From contig JBOHST010000374.1 in NCBI GenBank assembly GCA_050733375.1, positions 1-37,213 of the forward strand: a DNA stretch of 37,213 nucleotides, read 5' to 3'. Positions within the stretch are counted from its first letter, which is position 1. Every line of letters starts with the position of its first letter. Made by a program: the position numbers and the translations under genes. The notes below the pieces were generated by a model that was not told where the DNA came from, did not search any database, and saw nothing but the letters and a program-made list of their open reading frames with translations. Of the stretch, positions 8,988 to 15,566 are shown piece by piece. This DNA is from Gemmatimonadales bacterium. Lineage in GTDB: Bacteria > Gemmatimonadota > Gemmatimonadetes > Gemmatimonadales > GWC2-71-9.

Positions 8988-9031
8988 TTCACTCTTCACT
9001 ATTGTCTATTCACCGCTGTGCGTCTGTGCGT
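8988..9031. repeat. tandem short-word repeats between convergent genes
   Basis: TTCACTC TTCACTA TTGTCTA TTCACCG (4 x 7 nt, 8988-9015), then CTGTGCGT CTGTGCGT (2 x 8 nt, 9016-9031), followed by cgaGTATTTA, whose final TTA is the reverse-complement TAA stop of rpoD. Confidence 0.8.
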
Positions 9032-9038
9032 CGAGTAT

Positions 9039-9932
9039 TTAGGCCGCTCTCCAGAATCCCTTCAGCGCTCTCCCGTCCGGCGATTCCCGCAGCTTCTCGA
9101 ACGCGCGCTCGCGGATCTGTCGGATGCGCTCGCGCGTGACGCCCATCAGGGCGCCGATCTTCTCGAGCGTCATCGCCTCGCTGCCTTCTTCGAGGCCATA
9201 GTAGAGGTAGAGGATCTTGCGTTCGCGGGGGGTGAGGTACTTCTGGAAGATGCGATCGATGAACTCGCGCATCAGCTTGCCGTCGGTGCGCTCTTCGATC
9301 TCGCCGCCCTCGATGCCGGCGAAGCGCTCGCCCAGCGTGGCCGCGTCCTTGTCGGTGCGGTCCACCGGCGCATCGAGCGACAGCTCCGCGGCGGTCATGC
9401 GGCGCGCGGTGCGGACGTTCTCCACCGTGTCCTCGAGCGCCATCGCGATTTCGTTGTCGGTGGGCTCGCGCCCCAGCTCCTGCGACAGATAGGTCTCGGT
9501 CCGGCTCATCCGGATGAGCTGGGAGTTCTGGTTCAGGGGAATGCGCACGCTGCGGGTCTGCTCCGCGAGCGCCTTGAGGACGGCCTGGCGCACCCACCAC
9601 ACGGCGTAGGAGATGAACTTTACGCCCTGGTCGGGATCGAATTTCTTGACGGCCTTGAGTAGCCCCTCGTTGCCGATCGCCACCAGCTCCGACAGATCGA
9701 GCCCGTGTCCCTGGTACTTCTTAACGTAGGAAATCACGAACCGCAGGTTCGCCGTGACGAGGCGCTCAGCGGCCTTTTCGTCGCCGCGCTGCACCCGTCG
9801 GGCGAGCCGCCGCTCTTCGGCGGGATCCTTGATCAACGGGAGTTTCTGGATGTCCTGGAGGTACTGATCGAAGGCGCCGGAAGGGGTGGCTTTGAAAAAC
9901 GACTTGGCTTTTCCAGTGGACGCACGGGCCAT
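9039..9932 (-). CDS. rpoD: RNA polymerase sigma-70 family factor, RpoD/SigA-like, short form (297 aa, no region 1.1)
   Basis: ATG at 9932; the track ORF begins at a TTG at 9947. Regions 2 to 4 are present: TANLRFVISYVKKY, ISYAVWWVRQAV (rpoD box), and TLEKIGALMGVTRERIRQI (4.2 HTH). Confidence 0.9.
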   Translation of the reverse strand: MARASTGKAKSFFKATPSGAFDQYLQDIQKLPLIKDPAEERRLARRVQRGDEKAAERLVTANLRFVISYVKKYQGHGLDLSELVAIGNEGLLKAVKKFDPDQGVKFISYAVWWVRQAVLKALAEQTRSVRIPLNQNSQLIRMSRTETYLSQELGREPTDNEIAMALEDTVENVRTARRMTAAELSLDAPVDRTDKDAATLGERFAGIEGGEIEERTDGKLMREFIDRIFQKYLTPRERKILYLYYGLEEGSEAMTLEKIGALMGVTRERIRQIRERAFEKLRESPDGRALKGFWRAA

Positions 9933-9992
9933 GCGCTGGACTCCCAAGCAGGTCAGACTTGTAATGTTCGGTGACGGTGCCGAAGCGGGCTC

Positions 9993-10021
9993 AATATAGG
10001 AACGAGTCCTACGACGTGCAA
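9993..10021 (-). promoter_or_regulatory. candidate sigma-70 promoter of rpoD
   Basis: On the minus strand: TTGCAC (10021-10016), exactly 17 nt, TATATT (9998-9993). It lies about 60 nt upstream of the ATG in a 250-bp AT-richer intergenic region. Confidence 0.5.
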
Positions 10022-10084
10022 ATGTCTGGTGTTTTCCACATCACAAATTATTAGTCTGCCTCACGACTGCGAGATTTGTCCACT

Positions 10085-10140
10085 ATCAACAAGTTGTGTG
10101 GAAAGAACAACCGGTCAGTTCGTGTTGGCAACCTGTTGAT
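10085..10140. repeat. 12-nt inverted repeat upstream of the rpoD promoter and downstream of aroB
   Basis: ATCAACAAGTTG (10085-10096) and CAACCTGTTGAT (10129-10140) match at 11 of 12 positions, with a 32-nt spacer. A second 8-nt inverted pair is TTTCCACA (10034-10041) with TGTGGAAA (10099-10106). No T-run follows. Confidence 0.5.
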
Positions 10141-10183
10141 AGATTGGTGATATCCGTCTAAGTCGTGCAAGGGCAGAGAATTG

Positions 10184-11299
10184 TCACATTGTCGCCGGTG
10201 TTTCACTGAGGATCTCACGCAACAATCCTTCCGAGACAGGCACGGTCCAGCCGTGCTGCGCATCGCCGTGCATTGCGCCGACGCGTCGCGGCAGCGCGAA
10301 ACGAATCTCCCCGTCGCGCACCTTCTTGTCGTGCCCCATCGTCGCGAGCAGGGCGTCCACGTTTGCCGCTTGCGGCGCGTCGAGCGGCAGCCCGAACTGC
10401 TCGAGGAGTGCAGCGACCCGCGCCGCAGTGCCCGCCTCCGCAGTGCCGCTGCGCTCGGCGATCCGCGCCTCCAGCGCCATTCCGATCGCTACCGCTTCGC
10501 CATGTAGCAGCGCGTAGCCGCTCGTCGCCTCGATCGCGTGCCCAACCGTATGCCCGAAGTTCAGCACGGCGCGACGCCCCGCTTCCCGCTCGTCCGCCGA
10601 CACCACCTCGCCTTTGATCTCCACGGATCGCGCCACCACACGCTCCAGTACGGAGGGGTCGCGCGCCCCGATGGCCGGCTGCTCCCGCTCGAGCAAGTCG
10701 CAGTAGCCCGCGTCCGCGATCACGCCGTGTTTGATCGCTTCCGCCATGCCCGACACGAGCTGCGGTCCCGGAAGGGTCGCCAACACATCCAGGTCGGCGA
10801 CCACCAGCGTCGGCTGGTAGAATGCGCCGATCAGGTTTTTCCCCCGCGCCACGTCCACGCCGGTCTTGCCGCCGATCGACGAGTCGATCATCGCGAGCAG
10901 GGTGGTGGGCAGCTGCACCCAGGGAATGCCGCGCAGGTATGTCGCCGCGACGAACCCCGCGACGTCACCGACGACGCCACCTCCCAGGGCGAGCACGGCG
11001 CCGTCACGATCGAATCGCGCGGCCAGCAGCCGGTCCGACAGGGCGGACCAGGTCTCCCGCGTCTTGTTCCACTCCCCGGCCGGGAACGTGATCAGCTCGG
11101 CCCGGACGCCGGCGCCCTGCAGCCGTGCCACCAGCTGCTCCCCATAGAGCTTCCCGACGTGCGAATCGCTGATCACCGCGTAGCGGGCCGGCGGGCCTCC
11201 CACGAGCAACGCCGGCAGGTCGCCCAGGAGACCCCGGCCGATGTGGATGTCGTAGGACGCGTCCCGCCGTTCGAGGATCGGGACGCGGATCGTCACCAC
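10184..11299 (-). CDS. aroB: 3-dehydroquinate synthase
   Basis: 371-aa ORF with LALGGGVVGDVAGFVAATYLRGI, DSSIGGKTGV and NFGHTVGHAIE motifs. GTG start at 11299, or 11296 as a GTGA overlap with the upstream stop. Confidence 0.9.
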   Translation of the reverse strand: MVTIRVPILERRDASYDIHIGRGLLGDLPALLVGGPPARYAVISDSHVGKLYGEQLVARLQGAGVRAELITFPAGEWNKTRETWSALSDRLLAARFDRDGAVLALGGGVVGDVAGFVAATYLRGIPWVQLPTTLLAMIDSSIGGKTGVDVARGKNLIGAFYQPTLVVADLDVLATLPGPQLVSGMAEAIKHGVIADAGYCDLLEREQPAIGARDPSVLERVVARSVEIKGEVVSADEREAGRRAVLNFGHTVGHAIEATSGYALLHGEAVAIGMALEARIAERSGTAEAGTAARVAALLEQFGLPLDAPQAANVDALLATMGHDKKVRDGEIRFALPRRVGAMHGDAQHGWTVPVSEGLLREILSETPATM

Positions 11300-11838
11300 C
11301 GTAGGTCGGTGCCGCCGGCGAGCGCGTTCGCGGCGCGGGCGGACACGAACAGGAGATCGGAGAGCCGGTTCAGGTATTGCACGATGGCGGGGGAGACGGG
11401 CCCGTCGTGCGACAACGCCACCACGCTGCGCTCGGCGCGCCGGCAGACGGTTCGCGCCAGGTGCAGGGCGGCGGCCTTCGGTGTGCCCCCCGGGAGGATG
11501 AAATTCTTGAGCGGCGGCAGCGTCGCTTCGTGAGCGTCGATCGCCGCCTCGAGCGCCGTCACGGCCGCCTCCCCGATCTCCGGGCCGGGGAGTGAACGGC
11601 GCAGCTTCGACACATCGGGTGTGGCGAGCTCGGCGCCGATCGTGAAGAGATCCCGCTGCACGGTGTAGAACAGGGAGCGTGCGAAGTCCTCGGGCGCGAG
11701 GGCGAGCGCGAACCCGATCGCGGCGTTCAGCTCGTCCACATCGCCGTACGCCGACACCCGGGGATGATCCTTGGGAACCCGCGCGCCGCCGAACAGGCCG
11801 GTCTGCCCTTCATCTCCGGTCTTGGTGTAGATCCTCAC
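11293..11838 (-). CDS. PduO-type ATP:cob(I)alamin adenosyltransferase
   Basis: GTG at 11838 is preceded by GGGAGGGG 3 nt upstream. VRIYTKTGDEGQTGL is the family's typical N-terminus. 181 aa. The longer track ORF reaching 11970 runs through the repeat element. Confidence 0.85.
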   Translation of the reverse strand: MRIYTKTGDEGQTGLFGGARVPKDHPRVSAYGDVDELNAAIGFALALAPEDFARSLFYTVQRDLFTIGAELATPDVSKLRRSLPGPEIGEAAVTALEAAIDAHEATLPPLKNFILPGGTPKAAALHLARTVCRRAERSVVALSHDGPVSPAIVQYLNRLSDLLFVSARAANALAGGTDLRW

Positions 11839-11862
11839 GTCCCCTCCCAATCCGCTCCCCGC

Positions 11863-11975
11863 GGTGCGTGGTGCGTGGTATTTGACGGTGATCGGAGAGA
11901 CCCCGGATACGGAGGTTGCTCCGTCGTAACCGCATTCCATTCGTCTCAACCGGAGAATACCACGCACCACGCACC
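11863..11975. repeat. 113-nt palindromic unit bounded by a perfect 20-nt inverted repeat
   Basis: GGTGCGTGGTGCGTGGTATT (11863-11882) and its exact reverse complement AATACCACGCACCACGCACC (11956-11975). The 73-nt spacer has a central ACGGAG-gttg-CTCCGT hairpin. The unit lies in the divergent intergenic region between the adenosyltransferase and FNR genes. Confidence 0.9.
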
Positions 11976-12031
11976 ATGCACACCTTTCACTGGACCTCCC
12001 CTCGCACCCTGCTTTCCATTACGTTCGCCCC

Positions 12032-13057
12032 ATGCCGCAGGATCTCAAAGATATCACTATCATCGGCGCCGGCCCGACGGGCCTGTTCGGCGCATTCTAC
12101 GCCGGGATGCGCGGCGCCTCCTGCCGCTTGATCGACAACCTCGACCAGGTAGGCGGACAGCTGACCGCCCTGTACCCGGAGAAATACATCTTCGACGTCG
12201 CCGGCTTCCCGAAGATCTTGTCCAAGGATCTCGTGAAAGGGATGGCTGAGCAGGCACTGCAGTTTCAGGCGCCGCTGCACCTGGGTGAAAAAGTGGTCGG
12301 GTTGCAGCACGAAACCGAAAACGGCCATCCGCGCTTCGTCGTCGTCACCGACCGGGAGTCGTACCCCTCTCGGACCCTTCTCATCGCCGGGGGCATCGGG
12401 GCGTTCACGCCGCGCAAGCTGCCGCTCAAGGAGGCCGATCGCTGGCTCGGCCGCGGGCTGTTCGACCGCGTGCTCGACCCGGGCGCGTTTACGGGTAAGC
12501 GCATCCTCATCGTCGGCGGGGGAGACTCGGCCTTCGACTGGGCCGTGAACCTCCAGGGGATCGCGGCATCGATCCTCATGATCCACCGCCGCGACGGATT
12601 CCGGGCCCACCACGCCACCGTGGCGCAGGTGCAGCGGCTGTGCGAGGAAGGGAAAATGGCGCTGCGGACCTTCTGGGAGCTCAAGGCGATCGACGGCGGG
12701 GAGTCGATCGAGCGGGTCACGATCCACAACAGCAAGACTAAGGAAGAAGAAACGCTGCCGATGGACAGCGTCATCCCGCAGCTCGGCTTCGTCTCTTCGC
12801 TCGGCGTCATCGCGGAGTGGGGGCTCGACATCGAGAAGGGGGACATCAAAGTGGCGCAGACGATGGAGACAAACCGACCCGGCATCTTCGCCGCCGGGGA
12901 CATCACGACCTATCCCGGCAAGCTCAAGCTGATCGCGACCGGCGTCGCTGAAGCGTGCATCGCCGTGAACCACGCGGTGCATTTCATCAATCCCGCGGCG
13001 AAGATCGAGCCGGGGCACTCGAGTAACATGGCGCTATTCGGGCAGAAAGAAGATTAG
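12032..13057 (+). CDS. ferredoxin-NADP(+) reductase, thioredoxin-reductase-like (YumC type)
   Basis: IIGAGPTGLFGAFY (FAD GxGxxG), ILIVGGGDSAFDWA (NADPH site) and GIFAAGDI. No CxxC redox centre, so FNR type rather than TrxB. Confidence 0.9.
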   Translation: MPQDLKDITIIGAGPTGLFGAFYAGMRGASCRLIDNLDQVGGQLTALYPEKYIFDVAGFPKILSKDLVKGMAEQALQFQAPLHLGEKVVGLQHETENGHPRFVVVTDRESYPSRTLLIAGGIGAFTPRKLPLKEADRWLGRGLFDRVLDPGAFTGKRILIVGGGDSAFDWAVNLQGIAASILMIHRRDGFRAHHATVAQVQRLCEEGKMALRTFWELKAIDGGESIERVTIHNSKTKEEETLPMDSVIPQLGFVSSLGVIAEWGLDIEKGDIKVAQTMETNRPGIFAAGDITTYPGKLKLIATGVAEACIAVNHAVHFINPAAKIEPGHSSNMALFGQKED

Positions 13058-13058
13058 A

Positions 13059-13162
13059 CGTATGGAACAGGCGTAGGGTGTGACGACGTACGGAAAAAGC
13101 GTAGGTGACGTACGCCTCCTCCATACGTTTTTCCACCCTACGCCTTTTTCCCTACGCCGTCG
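13059..13162. terminator. composite repeat and probable bidirectional terminator between convergent genes
   Basis: The word GCGTAGG(G) occurs twice forward (13071, 13099) and twice as CCCTACGCC (13136-13144, 13150-13158). CGTATGGA (13059) pairs with TCCATACG (13120). A5 or T5 runs follow the stems on both strands (13095-13099, 13145-13149). Confidence 0.55.
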
Positions 13163-14680
13163 TTATTTCGATCTCCCCATTTCTACCACCACCGAATCAA
13201 TCCTCGCCAACATCGCCCGCCCCGACACCGCATGCCCGTTTGCCTCGATGCTGAACACGAGCGTGCGTCCGCCGGGCCGCTCGATGTAGCCGGACAACGT
13301 GTTCACGCGGTCGATACTGCCGGTCTTGGCGCGCACCTGTCCCTCGAGCGGGGTGCCGATAAAGCGTCGCAGCAGGGACCCGAGCTGGCCGGAGCGGGGC
13401 AGGGCGGCCAGGAACGGCCCGCGGCGGGGATGGCGCGCCATGAACGCGAGCAGCTGTCCGAAGGCGCGCGGCGAAACGAGGTTTCCGGCGGCGAGCCCCG
13501 ACGCGTCCTCGAGCGAGAACGCCGTCGAGTCGATCCCGACCGAGTCGATCAGAAACCGGCGCTCGACGTCGAGCCCCGCGTCCCACGATCCCTCGCCCCG
13601 CACTTCCCGTCCCAGGATCTTGACCAGCATCTCGGCGAACCAGTTCTGGCTGGTATTGAGGATCGGGAAGATGAGATCGCCGAGGGGGCGGCCCTGGTAC
13701 TCGAACAGCGGCGAGCCGCAGCAGCGGGCGGCCCGCGTGGTGAGCGAATCGGTCGTGCCGATCGATCCTCCTTCCACCGCGACGCCGCCGCGCTCGAGCG
13801 AAACCGCGAGCGCCCGCGCCGCATACCGGTTCGGGTCGGGCAGCGCGAAGCTCTCGACGAACGTCCGGCGGCCCTGCGCCACCGTTCCTTCCGCCCAGAT
13901 GTCCATCGTGCCGGGCGTCCGGAAGAAATTGTCCCCGATGGTGGTGGAGCTGCCGGGCGGCACGGTGCGCGCCCGGTTCTCGAAGGTGAAGAGATCGAGC
14001 CGCGGCGACCACGTGATCAGCGGCGGCCGGTCGACCGCGTCGCCTGGCGTGATGGCGAAGTCCACGCTGTTGTCGTTGAAGCCGAGTCCGGAGACCGGGG
14101 CCGCGTACCACCAGTTCAGGTCGAACACGTTCCAGGCGGGCAGTACCAGGAGGGGCTCGAAGTACGAGCCGTCGCCGATGATCCGTCCCGTGATGCGCCG
14201 GACCCCGCGGGCGCGGATCGAGTCGGCGATGCGATCGATGGCGCTGAACGCCGAGTCGCACGCCCCCACGGCGAGGGTGTCCGGTCCGTAGCAGCGGGTC
14301 GAGAACGTCGGATCGCCGCGACCGTACAGCACCAGGTCTCCCTGCACGATCCCGTCGCGCAGCACCCCGTTCACGTACATGCTGGTGCGCACGCGGTAGT
14401 CGGGGGGGAGCAGGACCGTCGCGGCCGCCGCGACGACCAGCTTGGTGTTGCTGGCCGGTACGTAGAGCCGGTCGGCGTTGCGCTCGTACAGCGTACGCCC
14501 ACTCTCGTCCGCCACGTACACCCCCCAGCTGACGCGGTCGAACGGCGGCTGATCGAGCAGCGCGTCGAGTCGTTGGGCGAGCGCGCTCCGCCGCGGCGCA
14601 GGGTCGGTGCGAGACTGCGCCGTGGCGCGGGCGCCGAGCGCGGCGCTAATCGTGAGCGATGCGAGGATCAGCTTTCGCAT
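13163..14680 (-). CDS. dacB: D-alanyl-D-alanine carboxypeptidase/endopeptidase, PBP4 (peptidase S13)
   Basis: ATG 14680 gives the signal peptide MRKLILASLTISAALGARATAQS. PASNTKL matches SxxK and RAKTGSI matches KTG. 505 aa. Confidence 0.9.
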   Translation of the reverse strand: MRKLILASLTISAALGARATAQSRTDPAPRRSALAQRLDALLDQPPFDRVSWGVYVADESGRTLYERNADRLYVPASNTKLVVAAAATVLLPPDYRVRTSMYVNGVLRDGIVQGDLVLYGRGDPTFSTRCYGPDTLAVGACDSAFSAIDRIADSIRARGVRRITGRIIGDGSYFEPLLVLPAWNVFDLNWWYAAPVSGLGFNDNSVDFAITPGDAVDRPPLITWSPRLDLFTFENRARTVPPGSSTTIGDNFFRTPGTMDIWAEGTVAQGRRTFVESFALPDPNRYAARALAVSLERGGVAVEGGSIGTTDSLTTRAARCCGSPLFEYQGRPLGDLIFPILNTSQNWFAEMLVKILGREVRGEGSWDAGLDVERRFLIDSVGIDSTAFSLEDASGLAAGNLVSPRAFGQLLAFMARHPRRGPFLAALPRSGQLGSLLRRFIGTPLEGQVRAKTGSIDRVNTLSGYIERPGGRTLVFSIEANGHAVSGRAMLARIDSVVVEMGRSK

Positions 14681-15566
14681 ACAGCAGGTCCGCGATGAGG
14701 TTGACGAGCACGAATATGACCGACATGAAGAGAATACTGCCCTGCACCGCCGGGAGGTCTCGTTTCTCGATGGCGGCCAGCACATACCGGCCCAATCCCG
14801 GCCAGGCGAAGATCGATTCCGTGAGCAGGCTGCCGGTAAGGTAGTTGCCGGTGTCGAGCGCCAGCACCGTGATGACCGGGATCAGGGCGGTGCGCAACCC
14901 GTGGCGCAGCACCACCGCCGTTTCGGGGAGGCCTTTGGCCCGTGCGGTGCGGATAAAGTCGCTGGCCAGCGCCTCGCGCATCGCCCCGCGCGTCATGCGT
15001 GCGAGCACCGCCACCGACCGCATCCCGAGGGTGACCGCGGGGAGCACGAGGGCGGCGAGGCCGCCCGACCCCGACGGCGGCAGCCAGCGCAGGGCGACGG
15101 CGAACAGCAGGATGAGCAGCAGCCCGACCCAGTAGACTGGAAATGACACGCCGAGGTAGGCGGCGAGGGTCGCGAGGCGGTCGACCAGCCCGCCCGGCCG
15201 GATGGCCGCCAGCACGCCCAACGTCACCCCGGCCACGGCGGCAAAACTCATCGCCGCCAGTGCGAGCTGCGCCGTCTTGGGGAAGCGCTCGAGCAGGTCC
15301 TGCGCGATCGGCCGGCCGGTGATGTAGGAGCGCCCGAGGTCGCCCTGGAGCACGCCCGCGAGGTAGTGCCAGAACTGGACCGGGAGCGGGTCGTCGAGAT
15401 GCAGCTCGGCGCGCAGCCGCGCGATCGTGGCGGAATCCGCCCGCTCCCCCACCATGCCTTGCACCGGATCCCCGGGCGCGACGTTCAGCAGCAGGAACGC
15501 GGCCACCAGTACGCCGAACAGCGTCGGGACGAGGAGCAACAGCCGGCGCCCGACGACACCACTCAC
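14646..15566 (-). CDS. ABC transporter permease (DppB/OppB-like, peptide/nickel family)
   Basis: GTG 15566 forms a GTGA overlap with the SBP stop. N-terminus RRLLLLVPTLFGVLVAAFLLLNVAPGDP. EAA-loop region FIRTARAKGLPE. 306 aa. Confidence 0.9.
   Translation of the reverse strand: MSGVVGRRLLLLVPTLFGVLVAAFLLLNVAPGDPVQGMVGERADSATIARLRAELHLDDPLPVQFWHYLAGVLQGDLGRSYITGRPIAQDLLERFPKTAQLALAAMSFAAVAGVTLGVLAAIRPGGLVDRLATLAAYLGVSFPVYWVGLLLILLFAVALRWLPPSGSGGLAALVLPAVTLGMRSVAVLARMTRGAMREALASDFIRTARAKGLPETAVVLRHGLRTALIPVITVLALDTGNYLTGSLLTESIFAWPGLGRYVLAAIEKRDLPAVQGSILFMSVIFVLVNLIADLLYAKADPRIAHD

Noticed and set aside
10051-10263. 70-aa minus-strand ORF in the aroB-rpoD intergenic region
   Set aside because: It overlaps the aroB 3' end, has no RBS, and its sequence is Arg/Ser/Cys-rich with no motif. 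It is probably a chance ORF in the AT-richer spacer.
11839-11970. N-terminal extension of the adenosyltransferase ORF back to 11970
   Set aside because: The extension is translated repeat element (..KYHAPRT..). The GTG at 11838 has a strong GGGAGGGG Shine-Dalgarno sequence and yields the family-typical N-terminus.
11839-12031. Possible cobalamin riboswitch upstream of the cob(I)alamin adenosyltransferase gene
   Set aside because: The leader is too short once the repeat element is accounted for. I could not find a B12-box-like sequence. The structure present is the 20-nt inverted repeat, which also occurs at an unrelated locus.
13232-14698. 488-aa plus-strand ORF
   Set aside because: It is antisense to dacB, which has SxxK and KTG motifs and a signal peptide.
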